DNA of 64,000 bases from Bacteroidales bacterium (GTDB lineage Bacteria > Bacteroidota > Bacteroidia > Bacteroidales > PXBB01), in assembly GCA_028698995.1 (NCBI GenBank), contig JAQVVM010000017.1:1588-65587 (forward strand), read 5' to 3'. Position numbers and translations under genes: made by a program. The notes beneath the pieces were generated by a model. The model had not been told where the DNA came from and ran no database searches. It saw only the letters and a list, made by a program, of their open reading frames with translations. Positions 46,401-55,533 of this stretch are shown piece after piece (the stretch's first letter is position 1; every line of letters begins with the position of its first letter).

Positions 46401-46925
46401 ATGAAGATTAATTTTCTTTTAGTTTTCTGTGTTTTTATATTTAATATTTTTGTAAATGCGCAACAGGAAAGTAGAGACAGAAATAGTATGTCAAGTCGGA
46501 CAACCGAAGACAGCCTTCATATAAGCATTTTTAAAGAGCAACTTAATTCATTTATTTTATCATTGGAGCAAAAACTTGCAGGAAATGCTCAGTTGCTGGA
46601 TAGTTTTTATTTTACTATAGGAGAAGCTGATAGCCTGTCAAAGCGTTTACAAGACATAAGGTATCCTGAGGTTGATTCAACATTTTCCAATACTCTTTTA
46701 GAGAAGAATAATCTGGTTAGACAACTCCTTGATACAAATGCTGTACTTTATTCTAAAGTGAAACTAGTCAGAACCACTTATCGTAAAGGATACACTGATG
46801 ATGTGGAAGCCTTTCTTTTGGTGTTATCATTTGGGGATGAAACAGCTTGGAAAGAAACAAGGAGTATCTTGCTCCTAATTTGGGAAGGTAAACTAAAAAT
46901 TTTAACTTTAAAAGAAGAAATCTAA
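46401..46925 (+). CDS. Hypothetical secreted protein preceding the giant adhesin gene
   Basis: Signal peptide (LLVFCVFIFNIFVNAQQ). The 174-aa ORF stops 4 nt before the next start codon. I recognise no domain. Confidence 0.55.
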   Translation: MKINFLLVFCVFIFNIFVNAQQESRDRNSMSSRTTEDSLHISIFKEQLNSFILSLEQKLAGNAQLLDSFYFTIGEADSLSKRLQDIRYPEVDSTFSNTLLEKNNLVRQLLDTNAVLYSKVKLVRTTYRKGYTDDVEAFLLVLSFGDETAWKETRSILLLIWEGKLKILTLKEEI

Positions 46926-46929
46926 TTGT

Positions 46930-49900
46930 ATGCAAAAAAGAATATTAAAGCTTATATTAGTATTTCTTTTAATATTTCCGTTGTTTGGAATTTCTCAGAC
47001 CCAGTATAACGATGGGCAGATTCGGCTTAGGGTTTGGGTGCATAAAGTATGGTCAAGTGCCAATTGTTCTGACCCCGGTGTGCAGGAATATGTTTTTCGT
47101 GATATAAGGGTAAGACCCCGTACGGATATTTTGGGTACAGGATGGAGTCCTAATGGTGTTAACATCAGAACTGACATGAGTGAGAATAGGTGGAGAGCAT
47201 TTCCATGGACAGCCTTTCAGATACCAACAGGAAGTGGAATATGGCCAATGTCAACCAGTCCTGATGGAATTCTTTTGCTCGACATCAGTTATCCTTCTAC
47301 AGCAGTACCTACGTCCTTTGACTGGAGCATGGGTCAAACTTTTGAAAATGACTGCGGAAGCGACTGGCATTATGAAAACTCCTGTGGTTTTCTGGGTCTG
47401 CTTGGTGATGAAACCATGGCCAGTTATCACGAAGGTCTTACCTCCAATCCTTTCAGATCTGCTCCTGAAGGTCAAAAGTATTATGTGCAGACTGATATTA
47501 TTGATGCAGGATCGGCTGAAGATGACAGATTTGCGGTTATTTTTGCTTTCCAATGGGATTTACTGAATCCTTTGCCCCCCTTACCCAATACTTGTGGCTT
47601 CCCTAAATATCAGGATGGCAATGTCAATCTTGATGTTCAACTTGCAGGAGTTTGGAGTGATATTGACTATGATATGGGAGCAGAGTGTATTATGGGTTTA
47701 GCAGGTGACGAAGATTTAAGAATACGTTACCGCAGCAAAGACAACCTTTCTCCCTTCAGTTCTTCAGTATGTATAAATCAGACTCCAGGTCCTTTAGATT
47801 TGTACAACCAAAATGTTCCTCAATGGAATACACCTGGAAATATTTCTTTGTTATCAAAATCCTACTCTACTTCGGATACTAACTTTGAGAGCTTTGAACT
47901 TGAATTTGAAACTTGGGAAGAAGACCCCTTTCCAACAAACGAATTTGTTTATGAAAATGACGATGATGCACATCTTTCTCCACTTTCTACCGGTCCAATT
48001 AATTGGCGTAATAGCCCCCCCAATAAATGGAATTATCTTGATATACCCATCAGAGCAGGAAATGGGGAATATGAAAACTGGACGATGTGGATTCGTTATA
48101 AATGGACCCAGGGTAGTCCTGTAATTATTACACAACCTTCTGCGGGCGGTGCTGATAGAACTTTATGTATTGGTACACCTACCACTTTAACTGTAAATGC
48201 AAACAGTACAACCTTTTACCAGTGGCAGGTAACAGATGTTACTGGACCTGCCGGACCGGCTTGCCCCTCAACAGGTTGGACAGATATTACCGGAGCCTAT
48301 TGTCCCCAATATACACCACCCCAAACACCCGGTACCAGAATTTATAGATGTATGCTTATGAACAGAACCGGAACGGGAAGTACAACTCCTAACGGAGACC
48401 GACTTAAAAGAATTTATACAGATTGTGTGCGTATTACTTACTATGACTTTTCTCCTGTAATTTCCTCCTTAACAGCAGTTTGTAACAGTACTGTTCTTCC
48501 CGGTTCGACTCATATTTTCAGCATCCCTGCAGTTCCGTCTGTAGGGGCTTCGGCAAATGCCACTTTCACATGGTCAGTAACAGGACCTGCTACCGTTACA
48601 CCTACTCCGATTACTGGCACTAGTACAACAATAACATTCCCCTCAACACCAGGAATATACACTATCTATTGCACTGTTAATAATACTTCATTAAATTGTG
48701 CCCCAAATACCTCAAATGAAGGTGTTTCTACCTGTATTGTTACCGTAACAGAACCCGACTGTGGAATTATTCATGCTTCACCATCGGGCAATCCAACAGG
48801 TGTGGGAACTGAATCTGACCCTGTTCAGATACAACAGGCTTTGTTTTTAGCCAATTCTTCGGGGGGTACCCGAAACCACATTAAGGTACTTGCGGGTACT
48901 TATAATAATGTTCCCAAATTAATAATTACCAGTAATGATTTACTGATTGATGGAGATTACGAAATTTTTGCAGGAAAATGGAGGAAAAATTCATCTTTGA
49001 CAACAACTGTTAATATTGATCCTGTAGTTGAAGTCCTTCCTTATAATGGGAGCAGTGGAACATCTGTCGGGGTCTTTAAAGGTGTTGAAGCAGTTAATGT
49101 AACGGGTTTTACGATCCAAGATATTATTTTCAATGTGAAAAACGGTGTGGGATCATCACAGGCATCCGGTACATCTGGTAACATGGGATTAAGTGTTTAT
49201 GGTTATTATTTCAGAAATTGTAATGGATACAATGTAAGACGCTGTGTTATGAATACTGGTGGTGGTACTAATGGTACAAACGGTACCAATGGTGCAGCAG
49301 GTGTAAATGGATCAGCCGGTGGCAACGGAGCAAGTGGGGACTGTGATGATGAAGATGATGTAGGTGATGGTGGTGCTGGTGGATCGGGAGGAGGAGGTAC
49401 CTGGGCTCCAGGGCAGAATGTGGATAACTCATGTTGTAATAACGGTCAAAACGGTACTACAGGAGGAAGTGCCAGTAGTTATAGAAATGGTGGCAGTGGA
49501 GGCAGTGGTGCTTCAGCAGGTTCTGAAAATCATAATGGTGGTTCAGGGGGTGATGGTGGTAACGGAGGAGGTAGTGCTTTGGGTGGATCGTCATTTGGTT
49601 CAAACGGTATCTCAAATGGCTGCAGTGAAAACTCCAATTCTGATGGCCGAGCCGGTCAAAATGGTAATAATGGTGTTTCCGGAGCCAATGCTTCAGCAAC
49701 GGTACCAGCAACATCAAATACTTTTTCCTTTTATTGGTTGCCTAATGGTCAGAGTGCAAACGGTGCTGATGGAGCCGGAGGTGGTGGTGGAGAAGGTGGC
49801 GGTGGCGGCGGTGGTCAGGGTGGTACCTGGTGTGATGATGGGGCAGGATCCGGCGGTGGCGGCGGCGGTGGCGGCGGCCAAGGTGGTCAGGGTGGTACTG

Positions 49901-52900
49901 GAGGTTGGGGAGGTGGTTCCTCTTTTGCAATTTATACTTTTGGTGCAGGTACAGGCACTTTATCCGATGTCCCCCTGAATCAAGGGAGTGCCGGAAATGG
50001 TGGTGCTTTAGGACTTGGTAACATCGGTGGAGTAGGAGGTTTAGGAGGAATTGGTGGTGGTGGTAATAATACCTGCTTTTCAAGTGGCAATTGTTTAACA
50101 GGTGGTCGGGTATGTGGTAATGCTGAAGTTGGTGCAGGAGGGAAAGGTGGTAACGGTGGTAATGGTGGTGATGGTGGTAAAGGACAATTTGGTGCTGCAG
50201 GCTTAAGTATTGCTTCCAAGCAAGTAAACAGTTCGGTAGTTAACACTAATAATGTGTCTCCCAATGCATCAAATATTCTTGCTGCAACAACCCTGAAAGG
50301 TTGCACAAACTCTGAAATAGTTTTATATAAATCAGGGGGTAATCCTTTTGATTTTCCTGACATGGGAAACCCTGAATTGATTGATGATATATCTTTTAAT
50401 GTCAGCTCCTATAGCAATTTTGGAGGTGCTACTCAATTACTTGTATCTTATCCTGTAATAGGAAACTATAAAATTACACTCAATAATTATAATTCGAATG
50501 ATTGGGATAATTTTATTGTTATTTCGGAAGACAGACCTTTGCCAAGTATAAATGGCCTTTCTTTAACAACTGACACAATTTGTACTGGTCAATCAGTAGA
50601 TTTAAGTACAAATGTTGGAGGGGCAGAGGCTTATGAGTGGAATATTCAACAGATTTCAGCTCCCTCATCGCCCTATTCTCCGGGAGCCAACATTTACAAT
50701 GGTTTACAAATAATGGATCCAGCACCTTTTGTTTTTAATAATCCTGGACCGGAAAATCTTACTTTTCAAATAAAATTGCACATTAAAGATAATTGCTGCG
50801 GTTGGTCTAAACCTGTTTATAAAAATTTGGTGGTTGTCCCAGAATTAACTCCCGGTAATATTATTGAAAATCAAATTGTATGTTACAATACATTGCCGAC
50901 TCCTATAACGAGTTTGGTTGACGCCTTCTGGGGAGTAAACCCAATTAATTATACATGGGAACAATCGGTTGATAGTGTTAACTGGTATCCTGCAGTTGGA
51001 ATTGTAATTTCTGGTGGCACAGGATTTCAACCTACACAAGCTGTAACAGGAACCATTTATTATAGAAGACTTGTAGATGGTGGTCCTTGTGGTTTAATAT
51101 CTTCTAATGTTATTATTATTACGGCATTACCGGAACTTTTTGCTGGCAACATTGGATATAGTCATGATGTGTGTTACAACACACCTGCTTCACCCTTTGT
51201 TTCTCTTTCATCTGCTACAGGTGGCTCCGGTTCATTTTCATATATCTGGCAGATCAGCCCTGATTGTAATGGCATTTGGACTGATATTCCAGGAGCTTTT
51301 AATGATTCTTATTCGCCTCCCGGTAATTTAATTTCTGATGCCTGTTACCGCAGGGCTGCTATTAATACAGCTTGTCCAGATACGGTTTATACAAATACTT
51401 TAGCTATTAATGTCCACCCTCAGGTTCACCCGGGAGTTATTTCCGGTGATACTGTTTTGTGCCAGGGTACAAATGCTGATACAATAATAAGTGTTGTTAA
51501 TGCTTTTGGTGGCTACACAGGTTTTACTTACACTTGGGAGCAATCCGATGATGGCGGTTTAACTTGGGTCCCTGCCATTGGAACACCGTCAGGAAGCCCT
51601 GCAGGTATTGAATTTATACCGGCTACACCTTCAGGTGGTCAAACTATTTTATACAGACGTATTGCTGAAAATACCAGTTGTCAACCCTTTTCTGTAACCT
51701 CTAATAGTGTCTCAATTCAGGTTGTATTCAACCCCATTGTTGACCTTGGTGTAGATCTAGAATTGTGTTCAGGTAATAGTGCCATTTTGGATGCAGGAGC
51801 AGGTTTTTCCGATTATATTTGGAATACTTCAGCTACAAATCAAATCATAAATGTAAGTACTACAGGAAATTACTCTGTCACTGTAACCGACACTAATTCA
51901 TGCCAGGGATATGATACCGTATTTGTAAATATAATTGCCCATCAGATAGTTTCTATTAATTCCGGTTTGTCTTATTGCATCAATGCCGGAAATCAAACTT
52001 TTACTGCTACACCTGTGGGTGGAATATGGACAGGGACAGGGATTTCAGGTACTGGTATTTTTAATCCCCAGCTTGCCGGAATTGGTGTACATGTAATTAT
52101 TTATACAGCTACAGGAATTTGTGGTGATGCTGATACCGTACTTGTATCTGTAAATCCTCTTCCTATAGTAAATCTGGGTGTTGATTTTTATATTTGTTCG
52201 GGTAACACTGCTGTTCTCGATGCAGGAGCAGGTTATAATTATTTGTGGAATACTTCTGATATAAGTCAGACTATAACGGTCAATTCAGGAGGAACATATT
52301 TTGTAACAATAACTGATGCTAATGGCTGTCATGATACTGATGATATAATAATCACCCTAATAAATCAACAAGATGCCACTATTCTTACAACAGACACTTT
52401 CTGTTCTAATGATATCCCATTTCAGTTTAATGCTGTTGATAGCGGAGGTGTTTGGAGTGGTACAGGTATTACAACAGCAGGCTTGTTTAGCCCATTAATT
52501 GCCGGCCCCGGTTCTCACAATATTACTTACGTTTTATCAGGTTTGTGTGGTGATTCTGATAGTGTTCAAGTCATTGTAAACCCTGTGCCTTCGGTGAGTC
52601 TTGGTAGTGATTTTATTTTGTGTGCCGGAGACAGTGCTATCTTGGATGCAGGTGTAGGTTTTAACTATTTATGGAATACCACTGACATCACTCAAACCAT
52701 TACGCTTTTTACAGGAGGAACATATATTGTGACAATAACAGATGCTAATGCCTGTCAAGATTCTGATGATATTATAATCACCCTAATAAATCAACAAGAT
52801 GCTACTATTCTTACTACAGGTCCTTTTTGTTCTAATGATTTGCCGGTTCAGTTTATTGCGGTTGATAGTGGAGGTATATGGAGTGGCACAGGTATTTCAA

Positions 52901-54381
52901 CAACAGGCTTTTTTACGCCATTAATAGCAGGCCCTGGTTCTCACAACATTTCCTACGTTTTATCAGGCTCATGTGGTGATGCAGACACAGCTCAGGTTAT
53001 TATTAATCCGGCGCCTGTTGTAAACCTTGGTGCCGATTTTATATTATGTTCCGGAGATAGTGCTTACTTGGATGCCGGTGCCGGTTTTAATAATTACTTC
53101 TGGAATACTTCTGAAACAACTCAAATCATTACCCTTAATACTGGAGGAAATTTTTTGGTAACCGTTACAGATGGCAATAGTTGTCAGGGTTCTGATGAGG
53201 TAATGGTCACATTGATTAATCAGCAGGATGCAACTATTCTCACTACTGATACCTTCTGTTCAAATGGTTCACCCGTTCAGTTCATTTCTGTAGATAGCGC
53301 TGGTGTGTGGAGTGGAACAGGCATAACACCCACTGGCATTTTTGATCCGATAGTTGCTGGTCCCGGAGTACATAATGTTAATTATACTATTACCGGTACT
53401 TGTGGTGACAGTGACTCCATACAGGTTAACGTTAATTCAGCTCCTATAGTGAATCTTGGTGCTGATTTTAATATTTGTTCAGGGGAAAGTGCTGTTTTGG
53501 ATGCCGGTACAGGTTTTAATAATTATATTTGGAATACAAATGATATAACTCAAACAATTACAATTTTTACAGGGGGTACCTATTTGGTAACAATTTCAGA
53601 TGTTAATAACTGTCAGGGAACCGACGAAGTTATTGTAACTCTCATTAATCAACAGGATGCTACAATCTTAACTACAGATACATTTTGTTCTAATGATTTG
53701 CCGGTTCAGTTTATGGCAGCAAATACCGGTGGTATTTGGAGTGGAACTGGAATTTCTCCAAGTGGTTTATTCAATCCTGAATTGGCCGGACAAGGTGTTC
53801 ATCTAATTAACCATATTATCTCGGGTGTATGTGGTGATTCCAATTCAATATTCGTAAGTGTTTTAGAAGTACCCTCTTTCAGTTTGAATCACATTGATGA
53901 GTCATGTTTTGGCGCTGGGGATGGTTATGCTTATGTCAATTTGAGTGACAGCATTTCGGGTAATAATATACTTTGGGACAATGGAGCCTCTACTGATACG
54001 ATTTTTGGCCTTATGCCCGGTGTTTACAATGTTACGGTAACAGCCCAGAACGGTTGCCATTCTGATTCTTCAGTTATTATATTGGAAAGTTTAATTGATT
54101 GCTTCCCTCCGGGTCTTTATATTCCAAATGTTTTTTCACCAAACGATGACGGTTTAAATGACATTTTGTTTGTAAGAGGAAAAAATATTGAATCAATTGA
54201 GATGTTTATTTATGACAGATGGGGTGAAAAAATATTTGAAACTACAAGCCAGTCAAACGGATGGGATGGGACTTATAAGGGTAAAAAATGTGAGCCGGGT
54301 GTTTTTGTGTACAGAATTACAGTAAAATTCATCAATCATTTTCCATATCAATTACATGGAAATATAACTTTAGTGAGGTAA
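46930..54381 (+). CDS. Giant (2483 aa) T9SS type-B cargo / SprB-like adhesin with beta-helix-like, polyglycine, Ig-like and tandem-repeat regions
   Basis: Signal peptide, then a ~400-aa unknown N-terminal region and Ig-like modules (FYQWQV...YRCMLMN). A beta-helix-like entry follows (GTESDPVQIQQALFLANSSGG..IKVLAGTYNN), then a ~315-aa Gly-rich region. Next come three ~97-aa Ig-like repeats (YTWEQS...YYRRL), five ~142-aa tandem repeats and a SprB-type repeat (ESCFGAGDGYAYV...GVYNVTVTAQNGC). The type-B tail reads YIPNVFSPNDDGLNDILFVRGKNIESIEMFIYDRWGEKIF...GWDGTYKGK. Confidence 0.9.
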   Translation: MQKRILKLILVFLLIFPLFGISQTQYNDGQIRLRVWVHKVWSSANCSDPGVQEYVFRDIRVRPRTDILGTGWSPNGVNIRTDMSENRWRAFPWTAFQIPTGSGIWPMSTSPDGILLLDISYPSTAVPTSFDWSMGQTFENDCGSDWHYENSCGFLGLLGDETMASYHEGLTSNPFRSAPEGQKYYVQTDIIDAGSAEDDRFAVIFAFQWDLLNPLPPLPNTCGFPKYQDGNVNLDVQLAGVWSDIDYDMGAECIMGLAGDEDLRIRYRSKDNLSPFSSSVCINQTPGPLDLYNQNVPQWNTPGNISLLSKSYSTSDTNFESFELEFETWEEDPFPTNEFVYENDDDAHLSPLSTGPINWRNSPPNKWNYLDIPIRAGNGEYENWTMWIRYKWTQGSPVIITQPSAGGADRTLCIGTPTTLTVNANSTTFYQWQVTDVTGPAGPACPSTGWTDITGAYCPQYTPPQTPGTRIYRCMLMNRTGTGSTTPNGDRLKRIYTDCVRITYYDFSPVISSLTAVCNSTVLPGSTHIFSIPAVPSVGASANATFTWSVTGPATVTPTPITGTSTTITFPSTPGIYTIYCTVNNTSLNCAPNTSNEGVSTCIVTVTEPDCGIIHASPSGNPTGVGTESDPVQIQQALFLANSSGGTRNHIKVLAGTYNNVPKLIITSNDLLIDGDYEIFAGKWRKNSSLTTTVNIDPVVEVLPYNGSSGTSVGVFKGVEAVNVTGFTIQDIIFNVKNGVGSSQASGTSGNMGLSVYGYYFRNCNGYNVRRCVMNTGGGTNGTNGTNGAAGVNGSAGGNGASGDCDDEDDVGDGGAGGSGGGGTWAPGQNVDNSCCNNGQNGTTGGSASSYRNGGSGGSGASAGSENHNGGSGGDGGNGGGSALGGSSFGSNGISNGCSENSNSDGRAGQNGNNGVSGANASATVPATSNTFSFYWLPNGQSANGADGAGGGGGEGGGGGGGQGGTWCDDGAGSGGGGGGGGGQGGQGGTGGWGGGSSFAIYTFGAGTGTLSDVPLNQGSAGNGGALGLGNIGGVGGLGGIGGGGNNTCFSSGNCLTGGRVCGNAEVGAGGKGGNGGNGGDGGKGQFGAAGLSIASKQVNSSVVNTNNVSPNASNILAATTLKGCTNSEIVLYKSGGNPFDFPDMGNPELIDDISFNVSSYSNFGGATQLLVSYPVIGNYKITLNNYNSNDWDNFIVISEDRPLPSINGLSLTTDTICTGQSVDLSTNVGGAEAYEWNIQQISAPSSPYSPGANIYNGLQIMDPAPFVFNNPGPENLTFQIKLHIKDNCCGWSKPVYKNLVVVPELTPGNIIENQIVCYNTLPTPITSLVDAFWGVNPINYTWEQSVDSVNWYPAVGIVISGGTGFQPTQAVTGTIYYRRLVDGGPCGLISSNVIIITALPELFAGNIGYSHDVCYNTPASPFVSLSSATGGSGSFSYIWQISPDCNGIWTDIPGAFNDSYSPPGNLISDACYRRAAINTACPDTVYTNTLAINVHPQVHPGVISGDTVLCQGTNADTIISVVNAFGGYTGFTYTWEQSDDGGLTWVPAIGTPSGSPAGIEFIPATPSGGQTILYRRIAENTSCQPFSVTSNSVSIQVVFNPIVDLGVDLELCSGNSAILDAGAGFSDYIWNTSATNQIINVSTTGNYSVTVTDTNSCQGYDTVFVNIIAHQIVSINSGLSYCINAGNQTFTATPVGGIWTGTGISGTGIFNPQLAGIGVHVIIYTATGICGDADTVLVSVNPLPIVNLGVDFYICSGNTAVLDAGAGYNYLWNTSDISQTITVNSGGTYFVTITDANGCHDTDDIIITLINQQDATILTTDTFCSNDIPFQFNAVDSGGVWSGTGITTAGLFSPLIAGPGSHNITYVLSGLCGDSDSVQVIVNPVPSVSLGSDFILCAGDSAILDAGVGFNYLWNTTDITQTITLFTGGTYIVTITDANACQDSDDIIITLINQQDATILTTGPFCSNDLPVQFIAVDSGGIWSGTGISTTGFFTPLIAGPGSHNISYVLSGSCGDADTAQVIINPAPVVNLGADFILCSGDSAYLDAGAGFNNYFWNTSETTQIITLNTGGNFLVTVTDGNSCQGSDEVMVTLINQQDATILTTDTFCSNGSPVQFISVDSAGVWSGTGITPTGIFDPIVAGPGVHNVNYTITGTCGDSDSIQVNVNSAPIVNLGADFNICSGESAVLDAGTGFNNYIWNTNDITQTITIFTGGTYLVTISDVNNCQGTDEVIVTLINQQDATILTTDTFCSNDLPVQFMAANTGGIWSGTGISPSGLFNPELAGQGVHLINHIISGVCGDSNSIFVSVLEVPSFSLNHIDESCFGAGDGYAYVNLSDSISGNNILWDNGASTDTIFGLMPGVYNVTVTAQNGCHSDSSVIILESLIDCFPPGLYIPNVFSPNDDGLNDILFVRGKNIESIEMFIYDRWGEKIFETTSQSNGWDGTYKGKKCEPGVFVYRITVKFINHFPYQLHGNITLVR
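49257..50205 (+). repeat. Low-complexity polyglycine/Cys-containing coding region inside the giant gene (local GC spike)
   Basis: The translation is dominated by GGN codons: GGTNGTNGTNGAAGVNGSAGGNGASG, GDGGAGGSGGGGTW, GAGGGGGEGGGGGGGQGGTWCDDGAGSGGGGGGGGGQGGQGGTGGWGGGSSFAIY, GAGGKGGNGGNGGDGGKG. It generates several spurious alternative-frame ORFs in the track. Confidence 0.9.
51730..53862 (+). repeat. Five in-frame tandem repeats of about 426 bp (142 aa) inside the giant gene
   Basis: Unit starts are at about 51730, 52153, 52579, 53005 and 53434, and the array ends near 53862. The unit consensus is NPxPxVNLGxDFxxCSGxSAxLDAGxGFNxYxWNTxxxTQxITxxTGGTYxVTxTDxNxCQxxDxxxVTLINQQDATILTTDTFCSNDLPVQFxAVDSGGxWSGTGIxxxGxFxPxxAGPGxHNxxYxxSGxCGDxDxxQVxV. 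Units 2-5 share long near-identical DNA stretches. Confidence 0.9.
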
Positions 54382-54397
54382 AATTTATTTTATTTAC

Positions 54398-55441
54398 GTG
54401 AGGAAAATTTCTTTATTTATACTGTTGATTTTTGTGGTTGTTTGTGCAACCAAGCCTCAGGATGTGCATTTTTCACAGTTTTTTGATGCTCCTCAAACCA
54501 TGAATCCTGCACTTACCGGTTATTTTAAAGGGGAACACAGAATGTATGTCAATATGAAAAATCAATGGGGAATTAAAGATATTACTTTTCGAACATATGC
54601 CTTCTCCTACGATTTGAGAATCAATAAAAATAAACGATTTATGCAACCCGAATGCCTGTCTCTTGGAGCTATGGTTTTTGCAGATAAAGCGGGCGACCTT
54701 AACTTGTCAACAATACAAGCTAATTTTAATGTTGCCTATCATTTAAGCATTAGTAATAACCAAACTATTGGTGCAGCGATATCAGGAGGGTTTGGGCAAA
54801 AATCAATAAATATGACCAATGCCCAGTGGGATGACCAGTATGACAGTAACACAGGAACTTTTAATCCAGGTATTCAAACCCTCGAAACCAATACATTCAA
54901 TTCTTTTTATTATCCTGATTTTGGGTTAGGTTTGCTTTATACCATAAGAAAAAAGGAACTCTCCAGAAATTCAAATGATGGTATTCGTGCTGTTTTAGGT
55001 TTTGGGGCTTTTCATGTAAATTCTCCTGAAATAAAATTTTACAGCAGTACACAAAATGTCAAATATTCAACACGCTATGCAGCTCATGGTCAAGTATTTA
55101 TTGGTGTCCCTTCAACCAATGTGATTGTTACCCCCGGTGTCTTTTACTATAATCAGGGTAAAATGCAGGAAATATATTTTGGAACGACTGTAAAATATTT
55201 GCTTAATGACCGGACAAGATATACCGTTTTTATCAACCAGTCTAGCTTTTCTATTGGTGCTTATTACCGGTATGCTGATGCAGCAATAGCTTACGTTCAG
55301 GTAGAAGTTAATGATGTGGCTTTAGGATTAAGTTATGATATTAATACCTCAAAACTTAAAATTCCTGCAACTTTGACCAATGGACTTGAATTGTCTCTTA
55401 GATATGTGTTTTCAAAGGCCAATCAAAAACGATATCATTAA
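54398..55441 (+). CDS. PorP/SprF-family T9SS membrane protein (GTG start)
   Basis: The N-terminus after the signal reads QDVHFSQFFDAPQTMNPALTGYF and the C-terminus reads ...GLELSLRYVF. The gene starts 16 nt after the type-B cargo gene. Confidence 0.85.
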   Translation: MRKISLFILLIFVVVCATKPQDVHFSQFFDAPQTMNPALTGYFKGEHRMYVNMKNQWGIKDITFRTYAFSYDLRINKNKRFMQPECLSLGAMVFADKAGDLNLSTIQANFNVAYHLSISNNQTIGAAISGGFGQKSINMTNAQWDDQYDSNTGTFNPGIQTLETNTFNSFYYPDFGLGLLYTIRKKELSRNSNDGIRAVLGFGAFHVNSPEIKFYSSTQNVKYSTRYAAHGQVFIGVPSTNVIVTPGVFYYNQGKMQEIYFGTTVKYLLNDRTRYTVFINQSSFSIGAYYRYADAAIAYVQVEVNDVALGLSYDINTSKLKIPATLTNGLELSLRYVFSKANQKRYH

Positions 55442-55533
55442 ATTAATATATATTAAAAAATATTTATTAATTGGATTGTATCGTTCATTAATACATTTGT
55501 TATGATATCATGTTTTTATTGTGAGATTTTTAA

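Noticed and set aside
47180-48347. Several 60-128-aa ORFs inside and antisense to the 5' part of the giant gene; likewise the short nested ORFs elsewhere in the track (e.g. 231-446, 3809-4182, 5061-5336, 21780-22115, 31818-32075, 39030-39311, 44583-44921)
   Set aside because: All are nested within much longer ORFs that have recognisable domains. None has a signal, motif or independent start context.
49257-50205. Local GC-rich island considered as horizontally acquired DNA
   Set aside because: The compositional shift is fully explained by glycine codon usage inside a continuous reading frame. There are no flanking mobility genes or repeats.
49364-50363. Track ORFs of 86-204 aa in alternative frames and on the antisense strand of the Gly-rich region
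   Set aside because: They are artefacts of the GGN-codon repeats inside the 2483-aa gene. Their translations are low-complexity V/M/E or H/R/L strings nested entirely in a well-supported ORF.
51730-53862. Regularly spaced repeats considered as a possible CRISPR array
   Set aside because: The units are 426 bp and contiguous, without unique spacers. They are in frame within one long ORF and encode Cys-containing protein domains.
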